DNA of 64,000 nt, from positions 9,181 through 73,180 of IMG/VR virus record IMGVR_UViG_3300046674_000314; one strand, given 5' to 3'. Origin of the DNA: a virus. Below the pieces are notes generated by a model, which saw nothing but the letters and a program-made list of their open reading frames with translations, had not been told where the DNA came from and did not search any database. Below are positions 26,015-35,075 of the stretch, one piece after another; position 1 is the first letter of the stretch, and each line of letters begins with the position of its first letter. Made by a program: the position numbers and the translations under genes.

Positions 26015-26179
26015 ATGAATTCATTCGACCTGCTGATGGCTGAACACGAAGCGCGCCGCTTGGCTAACAATATCCAAAGCTTCCGCTTCCGCCAATCGCT
26101 AGGCTACGGTGATCATAGCCAAGCCATCAAAGAGCATGAGGAACAGCTGGCTAGCCTGAAGCGGCTGATGGCGAGCTAG
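26015..26179 (+). CDS. 54-aa hypothetical protein (MNSFDLLMAEHEARR...)
   Basis: Manual translation; same leader as the gene at 25691. Confidence 0.6.
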   Translation: MNSFDLLMAEHEARRLANNIQSFRFRQSLGYGDHSQAIKEHEEQLASLKRLMAS

Positions 26180-26541
26180 CGCCTAGCACGAGCCGTGCCA
26201 GCTTGGGCGGCTCTGGCTGGCTGCGCGGATCAGGCAGAGCGACCACCCCTACCACCAAAGAATGCTTGTGCCGGTACCCTTTATCGTAGCCGGGTACCTC
26301 CCACAATTTTCACCAAATCCTCCACATCACCACCCCTCGTCTTACTCCCCGCACTAATCCCCATTTCCGTACCAAAATTTTATAAAAATTAAAAGGTACA
26401 GATTGTCAACAGTGTACAACTGAAAGTACATGCTATGCTAGGCGCATTCTATTTCAATGCGTGAGCTAGCGACAATGACCAACTCCACCGACAATCAAGT
26501 ACTTTGCTTTAATCTCGCTTCGCTCGACTGCGGGGTGAAGC

Positions 26542-27114
26542 ATGACTAATTCCACAGATAACCAGGTTCTCAGCCCTGACGGACTCCTGCCTTCCTATGG
26601 CGACGAGGAATCGGTCGAAGACGTGCTGGCAAAGCGCCAGAAGACCGGTGGCCGCCAGAAGGGTACTCCGAACAAGCAGAAGAAGTTCGAACTGATGAAG
26701 ACCGCCCAACTCTACGGGCTGCGCGCGGTTGCCACATTGGTTGAAGCGATGGAAGACGAAGGCGCTCCGTGGACCGCCCGACTTTCCGCCGCCACCGAAA
26801 TCTTGGATCGCGGTTTCGGTAAAGCCAAACAAGTGCAAGAAATCACCGGTGCCGATGGTGGTGAAATTCAGAGCCGACTTATCATCGAGTTCGTCGGCCA
26901 ACTTCCCCAGGTCTCGGCTGGCGCCTCGACTGAGCGGCCCGTGCAACCTGCCGATGAAGTGCAAGCCAATACCACTGTGGCTAGCGCTCTCAACTCACCT
27001 TTCCGCAATGCTCAACTCGGGCGCCCGGCTTTCGGGTCCGATACCATCACGGACGTGGTGGAGAAGCAAGCCCGCACTCTGCAAGTGCCCGTCTTCAAAA
27101 AGCCGTGGGAATAA
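26542..27114 (+). CDS. terminase small subunit (probable)
   Basis: KTGGRQKGTPNK, AA.EILDRG.GK..Q and ITGADGG motifs; first gene of the late operon. Confidence 0.75.
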   Translation: MTNSTDNQVLSPDGLLPSYGDEESVEDVLAKRQKTGGRQKGTPNKQKKFELMKTAQLYGLRAVATLVEAMEDEGAPWTARLSAATEILDRGFGKAKQVQEITGADGGEIQSRLIIEFVGQLPQVSAGASTERPVQPADEVQANTTVASALNSPFRNAQLGRPAFGSDTITDVVEKQARTLQVPVFKKPWE

Positions 27115-27122
27115 AACCAACT

Positions 27123-27383
27123 ATGACTAACGTCCCCGATCTTGCCGCTCTCCACATTTACGCCGACCGCCTGGTTTCGACTCACTATTTGTCAAAATTT
27201 CCACCGGATCGGATTGACGAGGTTAAAGCTTCCATTTACCAGATTCTCGCCAAGCAGGTTTCAAAAGATTTGGTGCCATTGGTCAGACCAAGCGAACTGG
27301 TCAACGGTGTGATTATTTGTGAGCTTGACTTTTTCGCACTCACGCCCGAACAGTATTGGCAATTGGTGAGAAACCAGAAATGA
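27123..27383 (+). CDS. hypothetical protein (similar to 27546-27833)
   Basis: C-terminus LDFFALTPEQYWQLV resembles LDVYVLTKDEYVELV. Confidence 0.55.
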   Translation: MTNVPDLAALHIYADRLVSTHYLSKFPPDRIDEVKASIYQILAKQVSKDLVPLVRPSELVNGVIICELDFFALTPEQYWQLVRNQK

Positions 27384-27545
27384 ATCCACTAGCTCGCTGC
27401 GCTCGACCGATAAACTTTAACGAGGGTGGATACTTTCTCACTTTCTACCACTCGCCCACTTTCACCCGCCTTTACCTCGGGCTTCCGATCAAAGCCCGCT
27501 GGGCGCATTGGTCTAAAACTTGGTGGCACATAGGAGACTCCACAA

Positions 27546-27833
27546 ATGTCCCACATTGAAAACTTACCCGGCATCCACCTTTTCAGCCATCGGGTCATTG
27601 GTGCCAATATTGCCGGTGCTGACATTCAGCGTGAGCACTTGGAGCGCTCGGTGCAAAACGATCTGTGCCGCGACTTCTGCACCCGACTTACTAAACTGGT
27701 TCATCGTGAAGAAGGTTCGGAAGGTAAGCTAATTATGAGCCTCGACGTTTACGTGCTCACTAAAGATGAATACGTGGAATTGGTGAATCGAGCCAATCCC
27801 ATTCCGCCCGGAGTAGATCATGGCCTCTCGTGA
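27546..27833 (+). CDS. hypothetical protein
   Basis: AGGAG RBS. Confidence 0.65.
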   Translation: MSHIENLPGIHLFSHRVIGANIAGADIQREHLERSVQNDLCRDFCTRLTKLVHREEGSEGKLIMSLDVYVLTKDEYVELVNRANPIPPGVDHGLS

Positions 27834-28011
27834 AGAGTGGGAAGCGAAAAACGAGCAGAAGATTTTTGACACGGCACAGCGCATTTACCAGCAGCAATAT
27901 GCAATCTATACTGGCCCGCGCTCTGCGGTGCCCGGCTGGATTTGCCCGTGCTGCCACTTGGCGAATGTGATCACCGACCTTAACTGCACTGACTGCGGAC
28001 ACTCGCAATGA
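27820..28011 (+). CDS. small Zn-ribbon protein
   Basis: WICPCC...CTDCG. Confidence 0.6.
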   Translation: MASREEWEAKNEQKIFDTAQRIYQQQYAIYTGPRSAVPGWICPCCHLANVITDLNCTDCGHSQ

Positions 28012-28310
28012 CACCTTTCGACCAAGAAGCCGAGATTCAAACATTGCGCCAAGAAGTACATGTGGCCAATCGGATTTCCGATCTGCTGAACGATCCAATC
28101 ATCGACCAGTCTCTTAACGGAATGCTTCATGGGTTGCAAAACCAATGGCTCATTACGCAACGGGCCGAAGATCGCGAAGCGCTCTGGCTGCGCGCAGTTG
28201 GCTTGCAAGAATTCATTACCACGTTGAAGTCCCTTATCGATTCCGGCAAGATGGCCGCTACGCAACTGGAGTTACTGAAAAATGGCAACGAAGAACCCAC
28301 CGAAGAGTGA
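28008..28310 (+). CDS. conserved podophage head-region protein
   Basis: LLNDP...W......RE.LW......L..LI..GKMA pattern often found near portals. Confidence 0.65.
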   Translation: MTPFDQEAEIQTLRQEVHVANRISDLLNDPIIDQSLNGMLHGLQNQWLITQRAEDREALWLRAVGLQEFITTLKSLIDSGKMAATQLELLKNGNEEPTEE

Positions 28311-28737
28311 TGCACCGGTCCCGGCGTGGGTTCCCGGCGCTGTACCTCAAGCCGCCCCCTCGCTGGCGAATCCGTTCGATCTGACGCACATGGCGCCCGA
28401 ACATTCTCAATCACCGTTCGAGGACAATTACAACGTCGATCCGCCCGCGCGTCGTTCGCCTTTCCTTCCGCCGCCGCCCGAAGAAGCCGCCGCTGTACCT
28501 CCGACCCATGAGCGCCCGGAAGGCACGCCCGACTGGGCAATCTTTGCTTCGTTCATTCAAAAGCACGGCGATCAGATCATTCGCGCTCAATACCCGACCC
28601 CGATGGGTGAAGTAGTCGATACCATCTGGTGCGGCGTGCCGGTCACCGATGGCCCGGCTGCGGTCATTCTACACAAGCGCGCTGGGCTGGTCTCGTGGGC
28701 CGAAGCCACCGTTGGCACGCCCTACGAAGGAAAGTAA
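28282..28737 (+). CDS. Pro-rich hypothetical protein
   Basis: Stop codon overlaps the TerL start (TAATG). Confidence 0.6.
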   Translation: MATKNPPKSDAPVPAWVPGAVPQAAPSLANPFDLTHMAPEHSQSPFEDNYNVDPPARRSPFLPPPPEEAAAVPPTHERPEGTPDWAIFASFIQKHGDQIIRAQYPTPMGEVVDTIWCGVPVTDGPAAVILHKRAGLVSWAEATVGTPYEGK

Positions 28738-30035
28738 TGCAACTCGCGCCCCCGCAAGCACCGGTGAAAAAAGCCGGTAATCAAATGCCCACTTGGTCCA
28801 AAGTTTTATTTGAGCCACAATGGCGGTATATCAGCGTGCGCGGTGGGCGCGGATCGGGTAAAACCAAGAACTTCGCACGGGCGCTCATTATGCGCTCGAC
28901 GGTCGAAAAGCTTCGCGTGCTCTGCACTCGTGAAGTTCAGTTGTCTATCCGGGAATCGGTTTATGCGACGCTTGTCAACGAGATTCAGGAACTTGGGCTT
29001 TCCTCGCAGTTTGAAATCTTGTCGAACGAAATACGCTCGGCAAAAGGCGGATCGTTTATATTCCGCGGTCTGGCAGCAGAAACCATTGACTCGATTAAGT
29101 CTCTCGCAGACATTGACATTGCGTGGGTTGAAGAAGCACAAAGTGTTAGCAGAAAGTCGTTTGAAATGCTTTTCCCGACGATTCGTGCTGCTGGCTCGCA
29201 AATTTGGCTGAGTTGGAACCCGGTGCTGGAGTCCGACCCAATCTACGAAATGGTCTGTAAGGAAGGGCTTCCGGACTGCGCGAACCTTTTCGTCAACTTC
29301 GACCAGAATCCGTGGTTCCCTGATGTGCTGCGGCTAGAGGAACAGCATATGCTCGGGCGCGATCCTATCCGCCACGCGCATATTTGGGGCGGTATGCCGC
29401 TCCCGGCTGTCGAAGGTGCAATCTACTTCGATGATATTCAAGCGATGGAGCGTGAAGAACGCATTCGTTTGCTCACACAAGACCCGCTACTCCAGTTGTA
29501 CCTCGTATTCGACTTGGGTTTCAACGATGCGATGACCTGCTGTGTCGTCCAAAAGACCAATAACGAGACTCGGGTCATTGATTTTATCGAAAACAACAAG
29601 GTTTCACTCGCTTGGTTCGACGGTGAGCTTCGCGGACGCGGTTATGAGACCGGAATTATCTGTCTCCCGCACGATGGACGCCACAAATCGCTGCAAACCG
29701 GCCTATCGCCCCAAGAAATTATGTCGATGTACGGTTGGACAGTCGAAATTGTTGATAATATCGGTGTCGAAAATGGAATTCGTACCTGCCGCGAGCTAAT
29801 GAGCACCATGTACATCGACCGGCATCGGTGCGAAGCGCTTTTGGAGCATTTGAAGCGTTACGCGCGCAACAAACACGGCCATCCGGTCCACGACGAGCAT
29901 TCCCACGCGGCTGACGCGCTCCGTTATGTTGCAGTTCATGCAAATATGATGATGACAGCGTTCGTTGGTGGATTGTGGGGCAGTAACGGCGGCGCCGGTA
30001 ACGCACTTCCCTATCCGGACATTATCACAGCATAA
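28737..30035 (+). CDS. terL: terminase large subunit (PBSX-type)
   Basis: GGRGSGKT, CTRE.Q.SI.ES, WVEEAQ, WNP, DLG.ND and SHAADALRY motifs. Confidence 0.95.
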   Translation: MQLAPPQAPVKKAGNQMPTWSKVLFEPQWRYISVRGGRGSGKTKNFARALIMRSTVEKLRVLCTREVQLSIRESVYATLVNEIQELGLSSQFEILSNEIRSAKGGSFIFRGLAAETIDSIKSLADIDIAWVEEAQSVSRKSFEMLFPTIRAAGSQIWLSWNPVLESDPIYEMVCKEGLPDCANLFVNFDQNPWFPDVLRLEEQHMLGRDPIRHAHIWGGMPLPAVEGAIYFDDIQAMEREERIRLLTQDPLLQLYLVFDLGFNDAMTCCVVQKTNNETRVIDFIENNKVSLAWFDGELRGRGYETGIICLPHDGRHKSLQTGLSPQEIMSMYGWTVEIVDNIGVENGIRTCRELMSTMYIDRHRCEALLEHLKRYARNKHGHPVHDEHSHAADALRYVAVHANMMMTAFVGGLWGSNGGAGNALPYPDIITA

Positions 30036-30043
30036 GGTAAATA

Positions 30044-32650
30044 ATGGATCAAGCACAACTTGCGGATTTGTTCGAGCGGGAAATGACGCCCGACACAAGC
30101 CCCTCCAATGTGGCTATGCCCGGTGTTCCCGCGCAAGAAATCACAGTGATGGGTGTTGATGACCGTGAACCCGCAGGATTCGAGGACGAAGGCGACATTA
30201 AAATGTCGGACGAGGAAATCGACAATATCCTTGGGATGCATATCCGCAATGCGGTGAACTGGTACGGCTCCGAGATTGCCACCGCCCAAGCGAAGGCGAT
30301 GGAGTACTACCTCGGGTTGCCACAGGGTGATCTGGCGCCGCCCGGCGTTGCAGGTCGCTCGCAAGCGGTCGACACCACGGTTTCGGACATTATTGAGTGG
30401 ATGATGCCCGCGCTGATGGAAATGTTCTTTGCGTCAGGCAATGTGATCGACTATGAACCGCGCAACCCTTCAGACGAGAAGGGTGCAAAGCAAATGACGC
30501 ACACCGCGAATTATGTCATCAATTCGCAGAATCCGGGCTTTCAGGTCTTTCTTGACTGGTTCAAGAATGCTCTGTTGAACAAGCTTGGCGTCGTCAAATG
30601 TTTCTGGGAACCGACCGAGAACCATTCGCGCGAGTACTTCAATCAGCAGACCGATGTGCAATTGGGCTTGCTGGTCGACGACCCTGACCTCGAAATCATC
30701 AAAATCACGAGCTATGTCGATCCGCATGCAGAACGTGCGGAAATGGACCGGTTTAAGCAGCAATCCCAAGCCTTCGGCCAGTGGCAGCAAGCCGCAGCCC
30801 AAGCGAAGGCGCAAGGGCTTCCGTGGCCGCCCATGCAGCCGCCAGCGCCCCCGCAGCCGGGGCAACCGCCGCAAGCCGCCCAGCCGCAGCCCATGCAGCC
30901 CCCGCCACGGCCCGCCCCGATCAACTTGAAAAAGTTGCCGCAGCTTCACAATGTGATCGCACGGCGGGCGAAGAAGTCGGGCAAAGTGTCCATCGAAGCG
31001 ATGAATTCGGAAGACTTTATTGTCGATCCGCGCTCGCGTCGCGTCGAAGACGGCTTTTCGGCTCACCGGCTCAAGCGCACGATTGGTTACCTGCGCCAGC
31101 AAGGCTACAAGAACGTCGATGATATTTCGTCGGACTCCGATGCTGAGAGCGCGGAGAATTCCGAGGTACAGCTTGCCCGCCAATCGCTTCAAAACACCTA
31201 TGTCCCGCCGAATGCGACCGAGGACTACGGTGACGAGTCGATGCGGGAAGTCTGGCTGTATGAGTGCTATCTCCCGATTGACTGCGACTTGGATGGTATT
31301 CCGGAATGGCGCCGCATCACGCGCGCCGGTGACCAAATCCTCGAAAATGTGATCGTAGACGGTCCTCCATTTGCCACATTGTGCCCGGTGCCGATCCCGG
31401 GTCTGCTCTATGGGCGCTCGCTTGCCGACCTTGGCATGATGACGCAGTATAGCAAAACCGGCTTGCTTCGTTCGCTGATCGATAATGTCAACGTGCAGGT
31501 GAATGGCCGCACATGGGCTATCGAATCGCAGGTCAATATCTCGGATTTGCTCACCAATCGCCCAGGTGGCGTGGTGCGAGTCAAGTCTGCGAACGCGGTC
31601 GGTATGCTGCAACAGGGTCTGGCAGATAGTCAAGGCGCTTACCAGCTACTTGAGTTCCTCGACAGCCAGTCGCAGGAGCGCACCGGAGTCACCAAATACA
31701 CGAAGGGTACTGATTCCGACGCTTTGAATTCGACGGCTACTGGTATCACGAATCTGACGGAGCGGGCTGACCTTCGGGTCAAGCTGGTCGCGCGATGCTT
31801 CGCTGAAACTGGGGTCAAACGCCTGTTCATGCTGATCCAGAAGGAACTCGCCAAGCACCAAGACCAGAACATGGTTTTCAAGGTGAACGAGGACTGGGTA
31901 GACGTCGATCCCCGCACGTGGCATAACGAATATATTCTCGTGCCGCGCGTTGGGCTGGGAAGTGGCGACCGCAGCAAGAAGGTACAGCAGCTGTTGCAAC
32001 TGATGGGCGTGCAATCCACTGCTGCGCAAGCTGGTCTTACAACGCCGGAGAATCTGTATAACTCGGCGTGCGACCTGGTGGATGCGATCCAACTCGGCAA
32101 GCCGCAGCGCTACTTCACGTTGCCCGATCCCAATGCACCGAAGCCGCCGCCCCCGCCCGATCCCAACATGGTTCTGGTGCAGGGTCAGTTGCAAATTGAG
32201 CACCAAAAAGCTCAGGACAAGCGGGAAACGGATCAGTTCCAAGCGCAGATTGACGCACAGAACGACCAGCGCGATTTCGAGCATAAGCAAGCACTCGAAG
32301 CCGCCAAGCTGCAAAACCAACGCGAAATCGAAGCGGAACGCCTTGCGTGGGAGAAAGAGAAGTTCTACGCACAGCTGACCGCCGATCGTGAAATTGCAGC
32401 GCTCAAGGCAATGGCAACCACGCAACAAGAAGCGGATATGCGCCGTCAGACTTTGGCGGATCAGAACGCCGCAGCGCTGCGTGATGCACATGTGGATAGC
32501 GCCCATCGCGACGCAGACCGCCAGCACGAAGCAGAGCAAGCAGACGCACAACGGCAGCATGACGCCGCGCAAGCAGAAGCGGACCGACAGGCACAAATTG
32601 AAATTGCCCGTCAGAAAGCCGCTCAAATCACGCCGGGTACAGCTGAATAG
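30044..32650 (+). CDS. portal protein with long C-terminal coiled coil
   Basis: Follows TerL; YYLG, WFKNALL.K.GVVK, TNRPGGVVRV and ERTGV motifs; P22-like barrel. Confidence 0.9.
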   Translation: MDQAQLADLFEREMTPDTSPSNVAMPGVPAQEITVMGVDDREPAGFEDEGDIKMSDEEIDNILGMHIRNAVNWYGSEIATAQAKAMEYYLGLPQGDLAPPGVAGRSQAVDTTVSDIIEWMMPALMEMFFASGNVIDYEPRNPSDEKGAKQMTHTANYVINSQNPGFQVFLDWFKNALLNKLGVVKCFWEPTENHSREYFNQQTDVQLGLLVDDPDLEIIKITSYVDPHAERAEMDRFKQQSQAFGQWQQAAAQAKAQGLPWPPMQPPAPPQPGQPPQAAQPQPMQPPPRPAPINLKKLPQLHNVIARRAKKSGKVSIEAMNSEDFIVDPRSRRVEDGFSAHRLKRTIGYLRQQGYKNVDDISSDSDAESAENSEVQLARQSLQNTYVPPNATEDYGDESMREVWLYECYLPIDCDLDGIPEWRRITRAGDQILENVIVDGPPFATLCPVPIPGLLYGRSLADLGMMTQYSKTGLLRSLIDNVNVQVNGRTWAIESQVNISDLLTNRPGGVVRVKSANAVGMLQQGLADSQGAYQLLEFLDSQSQERTGVTKYTKGTDSDALNSTATGITNLTERADLRVKLVARCFAETGVKRLFMLIQKELAKHQDQNMVFKVNEDWVDVDPRTWHNEYILVPRVGLGSGDRSKKVQQLLQLMGVQSTAAQAGLTTPENLYNSACDLVDAIQLGKPQRYFTLPDPNAPKPPPPPDPNMVLVQGQLQIEHQKAQDKRETDQFQAQIDAQNDQRDFEHKQALEAAKLQNQREIEAERLAWEKEKFYAQLTADREIAALKAMATTQQEADMRRQTLADQNAAALRDAHVDSAHRDADRQHEAEQADAQRQHDAAQAEADRQAQIEIARQKAAQITPGTAE

Positions 32651-32702
32651 TTGATCCCGGCAACAAGCCACGTTATATTAACCTCAACACGGAGTAGGAA
32701 CA

Positions 32703-33752
32703 ATGGACGGCGAACTGATGGACTTGGCTTCGGCCTTTGACGACAATCCCGCTGATGCAATTACGGGCGAAGACGACAAGGTTGTCGCACCGGTTAAGGA
32801 AGAAGTGGTTGTTGTCGAGCCGACGGATGACGAAGTCGAAGCCGAAGAAGGCGACGATCAGGAAAACGGCGACGAATCGGCTGAAAGTGACGATCCTGAC
32901 CTTGACTTGGACCTCGACGGTGAAGAAGCCGACGAAGGTAAAGACGCAGCCGCAGTCCTGAAGGACGATACTCCGATCGAGTTGGTTATCGACGGCGCAA
33001 AGGTCACCAAGACTTTCGCTGAGTTGAAGGCAGAAGCACAGAAGTATGCAGGGGCCGAAAAACGGTTCGAAGAAGCGGCAGCTATCCGCAAGGACGCTGA
33101 GACGCGACTGGCCGTGCTTCCGGAGCGGGAAAAACAGCTGGGGCAGGTACTCGAGTATTACATCGCCCAAAGCGCTCAGTTCTTGGATAAACAACCGAAC
33201 TGGGAACAGCTGATCGCTGAAGACCCGCAGAAGTACCTCGCCGAGCGACACGCTTGGGAGAAAAAGCAACAGGAGAATTTGCAAGCACGGCAGATTCAAA
33301 CCGAGTTGCAACGCCGAAATGCGGAGCAAGAACAGGCATCGAAAGCACAACGAGTCGCCGAGGAACGTACCAAGTTGCTCGGAGCGATACCGGAGTGGCA
33401 AGACCCTGCGAAGGCAGCAGAAGGCGCACGAGCGATTGACCAATATTTGCGCGGTGCTGGTATCCCGGCTGAAATGCTCGGTGATATTGACCACCACCAA
33501 GTGCTGGTAATCGCACGCAAAGCGATGCTGTATGACCAAGCAATCGCCAAGCAAAAAGCGGCCCGCGAGACTGGAGCGCAACGGCAGAAGCCGAATCAGC
33601 AAGCGCAACCGAAAGCGGCCCGTGTCGAGCGTCCCGGTGCAGCAGCGCCTTTGCCGACCCAATCGCATCGCACGCAAGTGCAGCGAATGAATGCGGCGAA
33701 AGCGTTCAAGCAAGCACCATCTGTTGACACGCTGGCAAGTCTGTTCGAATAA
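32703..33752 (+). CDS. scaffolding protein
   Basis: Acidic N-terminus, coiled coil, IPEW.D and KAMLYD motifs; between portal and capsid. Confidence 0.85.
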   Translation: MDGELMDLASAFDDNPADAITGEDDKVVAPVKEEVVVVEPTDDEVEAEEGDDQENGDESAESDDPDLDLDLDGEEADEGKDAAAVLKDDTPIELVIDGAKVTKTFAELKAEAQKYAGAEKRFEEAAAIRKDAETRLAVLPEREKQLGQVLEYYIAQSAQFLDKQPNWEQLIAEDPQKYLAERHAWEKKQQENLQARQIQTELQRRNAEQEQASKAQRVAEERTKLLGAIPEWQDPAKAAEGARAIDQYLRGAGIPAEMLGDIDHHQVLVIARKAMLYDQAIAKQKAARETGAQRQKPNQQAQPKAARVERPGAAAPLPTQSHRTQVQRMNAAKAFKQAPSVDTLASLFE

Positions 33753-33788
33753 GCGAACGGCGAACCGGCACACGAAAAGGGCTTTACC

Positions 33789-34739
33789 ATGCCGAACAAT
33801 ACCCTCACGACCTATGGCGTCGTTGGCAACCGCGAAGACCTGTCCGAAAAGGTTTTCATGATTACCCCGAGCGACACGCCGTTCACGTCGTCCATCGCCA
33901 AAACGTCCGCCGATGGCGTGTACCACGAATGGCAGACGGACTCGCTCCGCGCTCCGAATGGTCAGAATGCGGCCGTCGAAGGCGCTGATGCAACCTACGC
34001 TGCGCAAAGCCCGACCGTCCGGATCGGTAACCGCACGCAGATCATCAAAGACACTTTCTCGGTGTCGAACACGCAGGAAGCCGTCAAGAAGGCTGGTCCG
34101 AAGGAAGTTGCACGTCTTTCCGCCAAGAAGTCGGTGGAACTGAAGAAGGACGTGGAAGCTGCATCGCTGGCAAATCAGACTTCAGTGGTCGGTTCGTCGA
34201 CGGTCGCCCGCACGATGCGCGGTGTGGCTGGCTGGTGCCAGACCAACTTCGTCGGTGGTGCTGGTTCGGCTGCTCCGGTTCCCGCAACGAACACGGCACC
34301 GGTCGCTGGCACGCCCGCCGCGTTTACGGAAGGCATGCTGAAGTCGATCCTGCTGAAGACGTATCAGGCAGGCGGCAACGTCACGCAAATCCATATGCGC
34401 CCGAGCGACAAGCAGCTTTCGAGCGGCTTCAGCGGCAACGCAACGCGTATGCAAGAAGTCGATGGTAACGGAAAGTCGGCCGTGCTGCAAACGGCATATG
34501 CCGTCTACGCCGGTGACTTCGGCAATGTCGCAATGATCCCGAACCGCGTGCTTTCGGCGATCAACGACAACGCGATCTACGCTATTGACCCCTCCATGTG
34601 GGCACTGGCAACTCTGCGAGGCTTCGAGAAGACCGAGCTTGCTCAAACGGGCGACGCCCGCAACTGGCAAATCGTGTACGAAGGCACGCTGGAAGCACGG
34701 AACGAAGCGTCGTCGGGTCAGGTTCGCGACTTGACGTAA
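33789..34739 (+). CDS. major capsid protein (DUF5309-like)
   Basis: GNREDL, P.DTPF, HEWQTD.L, N.TQI, ELKKD.E and LA.TGD motifs; strong terminator downstream. Confidence 0.9.
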   Translation: MPNNTLTTYGVVGNREDLSEKVFMITPSDTPFTSSIAKTSADGVYHEWQTDSLRAPNGQNAAVEGADATYAAQSPTVRIGNRTQIIKDTFSVSNTQEAVKKAGPKEVARLSAKKSVELKKDVEAASLANQTSVVGSSTVARTMRGVAGWCQTNFVGGAGSAAPVPATNTAPVAGTPAAFTEGMLKSILLKTYQAGGNVTQIHMRPSDKQLSSGFSGNATRMQEVDGNGKSAVLQTAYAVYAGDFGNVAMIPNRVLSAINDNAIYAIDPSMWALATLRGFEKTELAQTGDARNWQIVYEGTLEARNEASSGQVRDLT

Positions 34740-34742
34740 ACG

Positions 34743-34768
34743 AAGGGGCTTCGGCCCCTTTCTTCTTT
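34743..34768 (+). terminator. rho-independent terminator
   Basis: AAGGGGC-TTCG-GCCCCTT followed by a T-rich tract. Confidence 0.85.
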
Positions 34769-34780
34769 CCGGAGTCAGAC

Positions 34781-35074
34781 ATGCCGAACGTATTTACTCC
34801 CGACTTCGGGTCGGGCGATGTGCTTGCTGTTGGTACTTCGAGCGCGTCCAAGACAATCGACGGCAATTCGTCCAGTATCTATCTGTTCAACGATGGTACT
34901 GTGACGGTTTTCGTCCGTTGGAGCAAGGGCGCGTCCAATGCAGTTGTGAACAAAGACTTGGCGATGCCACCGGGATCGATTCAGACTTTCGGGAAAGATT
35001 CCCGCGATACGCTGTCGGCTATCTGCGCGAGCGGAACGTCGAATCTTCGGTACATCACCGGCCAAGGGGAATAA
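34781..35074 (+). CDS. small virion-associated protein
   Basis: GGAG RBS; beta-rich, ending ITGQGE. Confidence 0.65.
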   Translation: MPNVFTPDFGSGDVLAVGTSSASKTIDGNSSSIYLFNDGTVTVFVRWSKGASNAVVNKDLAMPPGSIQTFGKDSRDTLSAICASGTSNLRYITGQGE

Positions 35075-35075
35075 T

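Noticed and set aside
31646-34007. Long antisense ORFs opposite portal/scaffold (also 30470-31633, 45992-47314, 7033-7852)
   Set aside because: Shadow frames of GC-rich, codon-biased real genes; no motifs or RBS.
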